This document shows positions 8,235 to 17,551 of a DNA stretch of 64,000 nt, piece after piece. The first letter of the stretch is position 1. Each line of letters begins with the position of its first letter. This DNA is from Verrucomicrobiaceae bacterium (GTDB taxonomy: Bacteria > Verrucomicrobiota > Verrucomicrobiia > Verrucomicrobiales > Akkermansiaceae). The notes under the pieces were generated by a model. The model was given only the letters and a program-made list of their open reading frames with translations, was not told the origin of the DNA and did no database searches. The stretch spans positions 1 through 64,000 of the forward strand of contig JBPOGH010000021.1 in assembly GCA_051252135.1 (NCBI GenBank), written 5' to 3'. The position numbers and the translations under genes were made by a program.

Positions 8235-8765
8235 ATGACCACAATCACTCGAATCCTCGCCACCTTCCTCACCTGCTCCATCTCCATCGCAAGTGCCACC
8301 CCTCTCTCCGGGGCCATCTCAACCTTCAACAAATCCGCCCTCAAAGACGACATCGGAAAATCCCAACCTCCCCTCACCGGGGCCGAGGTCATCGCCGCCA
8401 TCCGCCTCTGGGAACATCCCGCCAACTCCCCCGTCTCCCAAGAACTCGCCGCAACCTTCAAGAACATCGCCACCACCAAAACCCTCCCCCCCAACGCCGC
8501 GTTCGAATCCCTCAACAGCCTCGACCCCGGCGGCGCCCACATCTTTGATCTCTGGTCCGTCCGCATCCGCATCAACCGCCCCGATCTCTCCTCCTACGCC
8601 TTCCCAATTCGCCACCGCATCATCGCCAGCCGCCCCCTTCAGGAAGAACTCACCCGTCTCGACAACTACATCGCTGACCAAAACGTCGCCAACTGGGTCG
8701 GCGGCCACAACATCATCCGCCGCCGCAACTCCCTCGCCAAACGCATCGAAGCACTCAAGGAGTAA
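8235..8765 (+). CDS. Secreted hypothetical protein
   Basis: Signal peptide (..SISIASA|); C-ending codon bias typical of plus-strand genes here. Confidence 0.7.
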   Translation: MTTITRILATFLTCSISIASATPLSGAISTFNKSALKDDIGKSQPPLTGAEVIAAIRLWEHPANSPVSQELAATFKNIATTKTLPPNAAFESLNSLDPGGAHIFDLWSVRIRINRPDLSSYAFPIRHRIIASRPLQEELTRLDNYIADQNVANWVGGHNIIRRRNSLAKRIEALKE

Positions 8766-8940
8766 GCTCCCTCGACGCGTTCCCTCCCCCATCAACCCAG
8801 CTCCCCAACCAAGCAATTCCAAATTCCTAATTCGAAATCCTCCCTCAACCATCCGCACCAACCTGCGTAATCTGCGGTTAAAAAACCTCCCCCTCCCAAG
8901 CCCCCTTGACGCCTCGCACATCCCCCCTTACCAATCCCCC

Positions 8941-9297
8941 ATGGCAAAGGTCACCATCTATCACTTCAATCATTGAGGATCATCCAACAATGCCTTGGCG
9001 GTCGCCGGGGAACTCGGAATCGATCACGAAGTCATCCTCTACATCAAAACTCCCCCCGGAGAAGAAGAGCTCACCAAAATCGTCAACGCCCTCGAAGACC
9101 CCGTCGAAGACTTGGTACGAAAAGACTCCAAGTTCAAAAAGCTGGAGCTCAACCCGGAGGACTACATCAACAACCCCAAGGCCGTCATCGACATCCTCGT
9201 GAAGCACAAACAGCTCCTCCAGCGCCCCGTCCTCCTCAAAGGCAACAAGGCCATCATCGGCCGCCCCAAATCCCGCATCGTCGACTTCCTTTCTTAA
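8941..9297 (+). CDS. arsC: ArsC-family (glutaredoxin-type) arsenate reductase-like protein with in-frame TGA (probable Sec) at codon 12
   Basis: MAKVTIYHFNH-TGA-GSSNNAL aligns with ArsC ITIYHNPAC12GTSRN; LVRK, LQRP and IGRP arginines are conserved; SECIS-like hairpin at 8993-9010. Confidence 0.8.
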
Positions 9298-10643
9298 AGG
9301 GAAACTGACTGCGCATGCCGGATCACATTCTCCGCATCATAGCGCGCCTTCAGCGTCTGCAACCGCCCGTAAGCTTCCCCGTAATACGCCTCTTGCGGGT
9401 TCTCTAAGGTAATGTCCGGATAGTTCCGGTACTGCGCCTCCGCCCCGATCGCCTCACGCACCTCCGTCACCGCCGCCACCAACCCGTCGCGCCGCCGCTC
9501 CTCCTCCCAATATCCCTGAATCTCTCCCAGGAACGGAAACTCCCGATGCGCATACGCCGACTCCGGCCCCCGCGCAATCGCCCCACCCAGCGTGTTGATT
9601 TGAAAAATCAGCCCCGGCGTGGAAATCACCTTCTCCGCCACCATCGCCGCACAATGCGCCACCTCCCCAAACCCCCGGTAGTAACCGCCCGAGACATTGT
9701 AAAACGGCAACGGCCCCGGGCGACCATAGTAACGCTTCAACGCCCTCCCCGTCGGTGAGTTCGTCGCCCCCTTCGCCGTAAACCCCACCTTCTTCAGCGC
9801 CCCCACCGCCTCCTGAAAGGACGGCCCCGTCGTGCGATACGATGTCGTCAGCAACACCGTGATCTGCCTCCCGTTGAACACAAAGGCCGAAAAAATCGGC
9901 TCCGCCAACCCCTTCGCCACCTCAAACCACCCCTCCATCAGCCCCACCGCCTTCGCCGCAGAAAGCCCCGTCGCCACAAACCGCTGCGCCCCAAACGTCG
10001 CCCGCGCCTCCCGCGTCTCAAACTCCATCGACGTCACCACCCCAAAATTCCCGTTCCCGCCCCCCCGGCACGCCCACAGCAAATCCCCATCCTCATCCGA
10101 ATCAATCACCGCCCCGCTCCCATCCACCATCTTCACCCGCGTCAGGTGATCACACGTCAACCCATACTCCCGCGCAAACAACCCGTATCCTCCCCCCAGC
10201 GCCAACCCACCCAACCCCACCCCCGCGCACGATCCCGCCGGCAGCAACCGCCCCTGCGGCAACAGCAAATCATACAACGCCCCCAACTTCACCCCCGGCC
10301 CCGCCACCAGCCTATTCGTCTCCGGCAAATAAACCTTCTGCGAAAGCCCCGCCAAATCGATCACCAGCCCGCCGTCATTCAAACAACTCCCGATAAAACA
10401 ATGCCCGCCCGACTTGATCGCCACCGGCAACCCTTCCCCCCTCGCAAAGCCCACCGCCTTCACCACCTCCTCCTCACTCCGGCACCGCGCCACATACCGC
10501 GGACTCGCCGAGAGATCGGAATTAAAAATCCTCCGGCTCTCCTCATACCCCGCATCCCCCGCCTTCAAATAACCCTCCTCCGCCCGCGAGATAAACGGAA
10601 AACCCGCCAACACACCCGTCGCCAAAAAATTCCGCCGCTTCAC
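9294..10643 (-). CDS. FAD-linked oxidoreductase (berberine-bridge-enzyme type) with Tat-like signal
   Basis: KRRNFL; KSGGHC; GSCAGVGLGGLALGGG; RGGGNGNFGVVT; YRNYPD; LKARYD. Confidence 0.85.
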   Translation of the reverse strand: MKRRNFLATGVLAGFPFISRAEEGYLKAGDAGYEESRRIFNSDLSASPRYVARCRSEEEVVKAVGFARGEGLPVAIKSGGHCFIGSCLNDGGLVIDLAGLSQKVYLPETNRLVAGPGVKLGALYDLLLPQGRLLPAGSCAGVGLGGLALGGGYGLFAREYGLTCDHLTRVKMVDGSGAVIDSDEDGDLLWACRGGGNGNFGVVTSMEFETREARATFGAQRFVATGLSAAKAVGLMEGWFEVAKGLAEPIFSAFVFNGRQITVLLTTSYRTTGPSFQEAVGALKKVGFTAKGATNSPTGRALKRYYGRPGPLPFYNVSGGYYRGFGEVAHCAAMVAEKVISTPGLIFQINTLGGAIARGPESAYAHREFPFLGEIQGYWEEERRRDGLVAAVTEVREAIGAEAQYRNYPDITLENPQEAYYGEAYGRLQTLKARYDAENVIRHAQSVSL

Positions 10644-10732
10644 TCCTCAAAAATACCGTCCCCCGTCACGAAAGTCTCTCACCAAAGACTCCCGCCCTAC
10701 TTTCCCGCGCAAACCCCTCCTCCATCAACCCC

Positions 10733-11722
10733 TCACAAACCCCGCGCCTTCTTCGCCGCCGCAATCCACGCCCGGTCCACCTTCGAAAGATTCGCCTCCG
10801 TCGTCTGCAACCTCTTCCCGTCCGGCTCCACCAGCAACAGCCGCCCCTTCTGATACCGTGCCAACTTCGCAAAAACCACCTGCCCGTTGCTCCCCGTCCA
10901 TTCGCGATACCCCTTCGCCGCCATCCCCTTCTTCCACACCGAGTGGTTGTGCTCATGCGTCAGCACCACATTCTTCATCTTCCACCAATACTCCCCCGCC
11001 GACCCCTTCTTATACCCCCGATACTGCGCCAACACCCCCTTCGACGGACTCTCCATCACCACCGCCGGAAGACCCAACACCCGATACTTCTTCTTCATCC
11101 GCGCCGCATATTCCCGCGATCTCGCCTCATCATTCATAATCTCCCCGTTCTCACCCCTCGCTCCCTTTTTACCCGCCAGATCAATCTTGAGCCGAATCAC
11201 CTTCTCCTTCGCCCAACTCTTGAAGTCCGACCGCGCAAACACCTCCCGGCTCAAGGTCTTGCACAACGGACTCGGCGAATCCCCGGTCTGCGTAAACCAG
11301 ATCAACATCGGCTTCCCCGTCCGCATCGCCTCCCGCTTGGCCTCCCCATAGCTGTCATACCAAAGACTCTTCGGCTTCACCACATGCGTAAACGCCTTGT
11401 CAAAGGCGATGTCAGCCGTCGGATCATCCTCGTCCGACCACACAATATCGGAGTCCGAGGGCAGGGTGTATCCCTGAATCTTCACCTCCCCCGCCTTCAC
11501 GTTCGTCGGCAAATAACCCATCGCCTCAGTCGGCGCCTTCCCCACCGCAATCCCATCGGTCTCAGGCGGCTTCTGAAAGCCCATCCCCGCAAATCCTCCC
11601 CCCACCGAACCCTCCTCACCGGAACCCTCCGCCTCCTTGTACTTCGGCCTGATCGTCTGCACGTCCATAAAGTCGCCGCAGGAACACAGCACCATCGGGA
11701 GAAGCAGAAGGAAACATTTCAT
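10733..11722 (-). CDS. Lipoprotein with thioredoxin-like fold and C-terminal SHD1-like domain
   Basis: LCSC lipobox; A..EAMRTGKPMLIWFT..SPLC; REWTGSNG...LSKVDRAWI. Confidence 0.7.
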   Translation of the reverse strand: MKCFLLLLPMVLCSCGDFMDVQTIRPKYKEAEGSGEEGSVGGGFAGMGFQKPPETDGIAVGKAPTEAMGYLPTNVKAGEVKIQGYTLPSDSDIVWSDEDDPTADIAFDKAFTHVVKPKSLWYDSYGEAKREAMRTGKPMLIWFTQTGDSPSPLCKTLSREVFARSDFKSWAKEKVIRLKIDLAGKKGARGENGEIMNDEARSREYAARMKKKYRVLGLPAVVMESPSKGVLAQYRGYKKGSAGEYWWKMKNVVLTHEHNHSVWKKGMAAKGYREWTGSNGQVVFAKLARYQKGRLLLVEPDGKRLQTTEANLSKVDRAWIAAAKKARGL

Positions 11723-11813
11723 GGCTGGATCATAAAAAAGGCCGCGCAGGATGCAAGGCAAGGCAGGCATCAAGGACTTGCGAAGGCCATCCGGATCGCT
11801 ATGGTCTCGCCCC

Positions 11814-13604
11814 GTGAAGCACCTCAATCTTCTCCGCCTTCTTCTCCTAGCGATGCTCTCCCTGGGTTTTGTCTCCACCGCATTCGCCGCCAGTGGCCAT
11901 GCCGAACCGTCATACTCTGCCGAAGAATACGCCCTGGACAAAGACCGCTACGCCAAATTCCCCCTCCCCCTCTCGGTATACGACGAGGTCGAGGAAGAAG
12001 ACTGGGGCATCTGGGACCGCCTCAAATACCGTGCCACGGCACAAGGAGGCTTCAACCTCGTTGCCTCCATCATTTTCCTCTGCGCCATCCTCCACACCTT
12101 CCTCAGCGGATACTTCATCGAAATCGCCCACGTCCACGAAAAACGCCACCGCAAGCAAATCGAGGAAATGGGCCTCACCGCCGAAGCCAAACCACAGCCG
12201 GACGCCAAAGACCACGTCTCCTTCCGCGCCAACCTCTTCCACTTCCTCGGAGAAGTGGAAGCCGTCTTCGGCCTCTGGGTCATCGCCCTCGCCGGCGCCG
12301 TCCTCTGGTTCTTCGGCATCCAGGGCGACGGCCTCTTCAGCGGAGTGGAGCAAATCAAAAACTACCTCGCCAAGGACGTCAATTTCACCGAGCCCATCTT
12401 CGTCGTCATCATCATGGCCACCGCCGCCACCCGACCCGTGGTCCGCTTCTCCGAGTTCATCGTCGATAAATTCGCCAAAATCTTCGGCGGCGGCCCCGCC
12501 GCCTGGTGGTTCTCCGCCCTCACCATCACCCCCCTCCTCGGCTCCTTCATCACCGAGCCCGCCGCGATGACCATCGCCGCCTTCCTCCTCTCGAAAAAAT
12601 TCTTCGATCTCAACCCTCCCAAGAAGTTCGCCTACGCCACCCTCGGCCTCCTCTTCGTCAACATCTCGGTCGGCGGAACCCTCACCCATTTCGCCGCTCC
12701 CCCCGTCCTCATGATTGCCCAGAAATGGTCCTTCGGCATGAGCTACATGTTCCTCAACCTCGGTTGGAAGGCCGCCGTCGGCATCCTCATTTCCAATGCC
12801 GTCTACTTCTACTACTTCCGCAAGGAATTCAAGGGACTCAAAAAAACCGATACCCAGGACATGCACCACCCCTCAAAATGGGCTGATCGCGAGGACCCCA
12901 TCCCCCTCTGGATCACCGTGATGCACCTCTTCTTCCTCGCGTGGACCGTCGCCTTTGCCCACTACCCCGTCATGTTCATCGGCGGTTTCCTCTTCCTCCT
13001 CGGCTTCACCCAGGCCACCGGACACCACCAAAATGACGTCCACATGAAGAGCCCCGTCCTCGTCGGATTCTTCCTCGCCGGACTCGTCATCCACGGCGGC
13101 TGCCAGGGTTGGTGGATCTCCGTCCTCCTCACCTCCATCGACAACCAGTGGGTCCTCATGATCGGCTCCACCGTCCTCACCGCCTTCAACGATAACGCCG
13201 CCATCACCTACCTCGCCTCCCAGGCCCCGGGCCTCTCCATCGGCGCAAAATACGCCATCGTTGCCGGTGCCGTCACCGGCGGCGGACTCACCGTCATCGC
13301 CAACGCCCCCAACCCCGCCGGACAATCCATCCTCGGACGCTACTTCTCAGGCGGCGTCGCCCCCCTCGGCCTCCTCAAAGCCGCCTTCGTTCCCACCATC
13401 ATCGTCGGCGCCTGCTTCATGCTCATCCCCACCAACGGCATGAAAGTCGACCCCAAAGCCGCCGTCGAACCCACCCACATCGAATCCCACGAGGGCACCG
13501 GCGTCTTCGAAGGCTCGGGCTCCTTCCACGGCGATGGCCGCTTTGAAGGCACCGGAACCTTCCACGGCGAGGGCACCTTCGAACCAGCACCCGACTCAGA
13601 ATAA
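11814..13604 (+). CDS. Putative Na+/H+ antiporter (DUF1504-like); start uncertain
   Basis: About 12 TM segments; HFLGEVEAVFGLW, GSFITEPAAMT, TAFNDNAAITYL, GGGLTVIANAPNPAG. Confidence 0.8.
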   Translation: MKHLNLLRLLLLAMLSLGFVSTAFAASGHAEPSYSAEEYALDKDRYAKFPLPLSVYDEVEEEDWGIWDRLKYRATAQGGFNLVASIIFLCAILHTFLSGYFIEIAHVHEKRHRKQIEEMGLTAEAKPQPDAKDHVSFRANLFHFLGEVEAVFGLWVIALAGAVLWFFGIQGDGLFSGVEQIKNYLAKDVNFTEPIFVVIIMATAATRPVVRFSEFIVDKFAKIFGGGPAAWWFSALTITPLLGSFITEPAAMTIAAFLLSKKFFDLNPPKKFAYATLGLLFVNISVGGTLTHFAAPPVLMIAQKWSFGMSYMFLNLGWKAAVGILISNAVYFYYFRKEFKGLKKTDTQDMHHPSKWADREDPIPLWITVMHLFFLAWTVAFAHYPVMFIGGFLFLLGFTQATGHHQNDVHMKSPVLVGFFLAGLVIHGGCQGWWISVLLTSIDNQWVLMIGSTVLTAFNDNAAITYLASQAPGLSIGAKYAIVAGAVTGGGLTVIANAPNPAGQSILGRYFSGGVAPLGLLKAAFVPTIIVGACFMLIPTNGMKVDPKAAVEPTHIESHEGTGVFEGSGSFHGDGRFEGTGTFHGEGTFEPAPDSE

Positions 13605-13610
13605 ACCACC

Positions 13611-14192
13611 ATGTTCACCGGCCTCGTCGAAGCCTGCGGGCGCGTCACCTCTCTCACCGGGAAAGGCGAACAGGCCCGCCTCGAACTCGATATCCCCTTC
13701 GCGGACGAGCTCGCCCTTGGCGACTCCGTAGCCGTCAACGGATGCTGCCTCACCGTCGCCGCCCTCGGTAACCCGGTCGCCTTCGACCTCCTCGCCCAAA
13801 CCCTCAAGGTCACCTCCCTCGGACGACTGACCGACGGACGCCTCGTCAATCTCGAGCGCGCCCTCGCCATCGGCGACCGCCTCGGCGGACACTTCGTCCA
13901 GGGACACGTCGATAACACCGGCACCATCATCGACCTCTCGCCCCTCGGCCAGGACTACCGCCTCGAGGTCAGCCTCCCGCCCGATATCGAAGCCCTCTGC
14001 CTCGACAAAGGCTCCCTCTCCATCGACGGCATCTCCCTCACCATCGCCGAACTCACCAAGGACTCCGCCGTCTTCTGGATCACCCCGCACACCTTCACCG
14101 CGACCCACCTCCACGAAGCCGCCGTCGGGCAAATCGTAAATCTCGAAGCCGACCTCCTCGCGAAATACGTCAAAAAACTCGTCGTTAAATAA
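13611..14192 (+). CDS. ribE: Riboflavin synthase (alpha chain)
   Basis: MFTGLVE start; GDSVAVNGCCLTV; VNLERAL; GGHFVQGHVD. Confidence 0.95.
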   Translation: MFTGLVEACGRVTSLTGKGEQARLELDIPFADELALGDSVAVNGCCLTVAALGNPVAFDLLAQTLKVTSLGRLTDGRLVNLERALAIGDRLGGHFVQGHVDNTGTIIDLSPLGQDYRLEVSLPPDIEALCLDKGSLSIDGISLTIAELTKDSAVFWITPHTFTATHLHEAAVGQIVNLEADLLAKYVKKLVVK

Positions 14193-14196
14193 TTCC

Positions 14197-14934
14197 ATGA
14201 AATCCATCACCCGCACCATCCTCACCCTCATCTTCGCCGCCCAATCACTGCCCGCCCAGCAGCCGGCCTCCGAGGTTCCCGCATGAGTCATGTGACCGGG
14301 TGAAGCGGGCACCGTGCGTGGCCGTTCGGATGATGGAACTTGCGCTGACACCTTTCGTGATCTCGCTTTCCTTGACGAGAGCAGCAACCCCTTGCTCCAA
14401 AACCTCGGCGGACTCCTCAAAAAGCCCGCCGATCCCATGGGCTTCTCCTTCTACGCCCGCTGGGTGCCCGAAAAACCGGATCATGGAAAATACTACATGA
14501 ACCTCGGCTACCAGGTCACCGACTCCCTCCGCCTCGGTGTCGACTGGCGACCCCTCACCGGCGACGTCAGCCCGCTCGTCAACTGGCGCGCCCTCTCCGA
14601 AACAGACTCCCGCCCCGCCCTCATCCTCGGCATGAGCAACGACGACTTCGGAAACATCAACAGCGACTCCTACTACGGCACCTTCTCCAAACACGTCGGC
14701 ACCTTCAAGGACATCAACATCTCCCTCTACGGCGGTGCCACCTACATCGAAAACCTCGGGGAAATCCGCCCCGTCGGTGGCCTCCACTGGAGCAAGGGCG
14801 CCTGGTCCGGACTCCTCATGTACAGCGGAGTCGACGAGCACGCCTCCATCTCACGGAGACTCGGCCGACACACCGTCACCTTCCTCATGTTCGACCTGAA
14901 ACTGCCCGGCGTCGCCTACGGATATTCATTCTAA
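14197..14934 (+). CDS. Exported, outer-membrane beta-barrel-like protein with two in-frame TGA codons (putative UxxU selenoprotein)
   Basis: ATG 4 nt after the ribE stop; signal peptide MKSITRTILTLIFAAQSLPA; GCA TGA GTC ATG TGA CCG in frame with the ORF at 14314-14934, which ends GVAYGYSF. Confidence 0.7.
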
Positions 14935-14949
14935 CAAAAAAGACATCCG

Positions 14950-16203
14950 GTGGCCCACTTCCTCAACCGATGGCTCTGGGCCGCCCTCCTCCTCGTCGCC
15001 ACCGCCGTCACCTGGAACCACCGCTTCACTCCGGCCCCGCATCCGCTCAACCAACTGACTTTCGAGAATCCCCTTCTCCAACAAAGTCCCCTCCCCGCAA
15101 AAAACCGCCCCCTCTTTATCGAGGAAAATGGCGAAACCATCCTGCGCCTCCAGCGCCCCACCGTCGACGACCGCCCCCACGCCTTCTCCGTCAGGTTGGA
15201 CCACCTCGAAGACCTGAGGTTCATCCACATCTCCTGCGACTACCGCTGGGAAGATGTCACCCTCGGCAGACATGACTGGGAGTTCGCCCGCTGCGTCATC
15301 ATGGATCGCAATGCCGCCGGAGAATGGATCTACCCCACCGACTTCTCCCTCTTCCAGGGAACCGGCAATCAGGATTGGACCCAATTCAACGTGGTCCGGG
15401 AACTCACCGACCTCTCCCGGGAATCCCAAATCTCCTTCCAGATGCTCGGCGCAACCGGCACCCTCGAAGCAAAAAACTTCCGCGTCTTCAAGCTCACCCA
15501 GCGCCCGTGGTTCCCTCCCGTCATCGCCCTCCTTTGCCTCGCCTGGACCACCTGGTTCTTCCTCCTCTTCAAAAAAATCGGCGTCACCGGCTGGCTCAGA
15601 CCCACCCTCGCCAGCCTCCTCCTTCTCGCCTCCGCCTGGGCTGGGGTCTTCCCCCAAACCAGCACCCTCCTCATGCCCGTCCTCGGAAGCTTCAATCTCA
15701 CCCTCCCCGCCCTCACCCCACCCCCACCTTCGCCCTCCCCCGTCGCCACCCAAACCCCCTCCCCGCCCCCAAAAACCACCACCCCACCCAAAATCACGCC
15801 CCCCGCTCCCGACCCAACTCCGGCACCCGCACCGGATCCCTCCCCAACGGTCACCACCCCCTCGCCTACCCCGCCTCCACCGGAATCCCGCAGCAGCGGC
15901 TTCTTCAACCAACATCTGCGGGCCCTCGTCCATCGCTTCAAAGCCGTCCACCTCTTGATTTTCGCCGGCCTCACCCTCCTCTTCCTCTCCATCACCGCCC
16001 AACGGAAATCGTGGCTCATCGTCGCCGGTCTCGCCACCCTCAGCGAGACCATCCCCCCACTCGTCCGATACGGCTACAACCTCTGGGACATCGTCGATCT
16101 ATCCCTCAACCTCGCCGGAATCGCCCTCGGACTCCTCCTCTGGAATCTCCTCCTCCCCCTTTTCCGAAAAATCCGCCTCATCCCCCAAGGCCCCACCTCA
16201 TGA
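14950..16203 (+). CDS. Membrane protein with Pro-rich linker and VanZ-like C-terminal domain
   Basis: TM segments; K.VHLLIFAGL...SE..Q/P...D...NLAGI. Confidence 0.65.
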   Translation: MAHFLNRWLWAALLLVATAVTWNHRFTPAPHPLNQLTFENPLLQQSPLPAKNRPLFIEENGETILRLQRPTVDDRPHAFSVRLDHLEDLRFIHISCDYRWEDVTLGRHDWEFARCVIMDRNAAGEWIYPTDFSLFQGTGNQDWTQFNVVRELTDLSRESQISFQMLGATGTLEAKNFRVFKLTQRPWFPPVIALLCLAWTTWFFLLFKKIGVTGWLRPTLASLLLLASAWAGVFPQTSTLLMPVLGSFNLTLPALTPPPPSPSPVATQTPSPPPKTTTPPKITPPAPDPTPAPAPDPSPTVTTPSPTPPPPESRSSGFFNQHLRALVHRFKAVHLLIFAGLTLLFLSITAQRKSWLIVAGLATLSETIPPLVRYGYNLWDIVDLSLNLAGIALGLLLWNLLLPLFRKIRLIPQGPTS

Positions 16204-16270
16204 GAATCCGCCTCGACATTGGAAAATCGCCCCCTATCCTCGCGCGCCCGCGCCTCAACGCGCTGTCCCC

Positions 16271-17551
16271 ATGGCCAAAGGATTCCAAAGTCTCCCCGGT
16301 TTTCGCGACTTCCGTCCCGAAGACTGCGCGGTCCGCAACTACCTCTTCCGCGCTTGTCGCGAGGTAGCCCGTCGCTACGGCTTCGTGGAATACGAAACCC
16401 CCATCCTCGAACCCACCGAGCTCTACCAAAAGAAAGCCGGCGGCGAACTCAACAGCCAACTCTTCCGCTTCGAGGACCAGGGCGGACGCGACATCACCCT
16501 CCGCCCGGAGGTCACCGCCTCCCTCGCCCGCCTCGTCACTTCCGTCCAGCGCGACTACCCCAAGCCCCTCCGCTGGTTCGAGATCGGACAGTGCTTCCGC
16601 TACGAAAAACCCCAAAAAGGCCGCACCCGCGAATTCTACCAGTTCAATGTCGACCTCCTCGGCGAATCCTCCTCCGGTGCCGACGCCGAACTCATCGCCC
16701 TCTCCATCGACCTCATGGTCGAGCTCGGCTTCCAGCCTGGCGACTTCGTCATCCGCCTCTCCGACCGCTCCTACTGGCAGGAATTCGGATCAGCCAAAGG
16801 CCTCAACCCGGCCCAAATCGACTCCCTCCTTCAAATCGTCGATAAGCTCGAACGCGAAAAACCGGAAGTCACCGAGGAAAAACTGACCACCCTCGGACTC
16901 ACCACCGCCGAAGTCCGGGACGCCATCAGCAACCCCGCTTCCCTCGGCGAAAATCTCGACGCCGTCCTCGCCAACCTCACTGCCCGGGGCATGCAGGACT
17001 TCATCGAGATCGACCTCTCCATCGTCCGCGGACTCGCCTACTACACCGGCGTCGTCTTCGAGGTCTTCGACGCCAAAAAATCTCTCCGAGCCGTCGCCGG
17101 AGGCGGCCGCTACGACTCCCTCCTCTCCGCCCTCTCGGACGGAAACGTCGACCTCCCCGCCGCCGGGTTCGCCATCGGCGATGTCGTCATCCGCCACCTC
17201 ATCGAGGAAACCCCGCACGCCGCGGAAAAAATGCAGGCCGCCATCAAATCGCAAAGCGGCTGCGATGTCTTCCTCGTCCTCGCCGACGACGCCCAACAAG
17301 CCAACGCCCTCGCCCTGGCCTCACAGCTCCGTGCCGCCGGCCTCGCCACCACCTTCCCCCTCGCCCCCGCCAAGGTCGGCAAGCAATTCAAACAAGCCGA
17401 ACAGGCCGGAGCACGCTTCGCCCTCGTCATCGGCGCCGAGTTCCCCGAACTCACCCTCAAAATCCTTTCCTCAAGAACTGAAGAAACCATCCCGGCATCC
17501 GCCAACGCAGTGGAGATCATCCTCCAACGCCAACAATCCATCGAATCATGA
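16271..17551 (+). CDS. hisS: Histidine--tRNA ligase
   Basis: PGFRDF; LRPEVTAS; FRYEKPQKGRTREFYQ; RGLAYYTG; GGGRYD. Confidence 0.97.
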   Translation: MAKGFQSLPGFRDFRPEDCAVRNYLFRACREVARRYGFVEYETPILEPTELYQKKAGGELNSQLFRFEDQGGRDITLRPEVTASLARLVTSVQRDYPKPLRWFEIGQCFRYEKPQKGRTREFYQFNVDLLGESSSGADAELIALSIDLMVELGFQPGDFVIRLSDRSYWQEFGSAKGLNPAQIDSLLQIVDKLEREKPEVTEEKLTTLGLTTAEVRDAISNPASLGENLDAVLANLTARGMQDFIEIDLSIVRGLAYYTGVVFEVFDAKKSLRAVAGGGRYDSLLSALSDGNVDLPAAGFAIGDVVIRHLIEETPHAAEKMQAAIKSQSGCDVFLVLADDAQQANALALASQLRAAGLATTFPLAPAKVGKQFKQAEQAGARFALVIGAEFPELTLKILSSRTEETIPASANAVEIILQRQQSIES

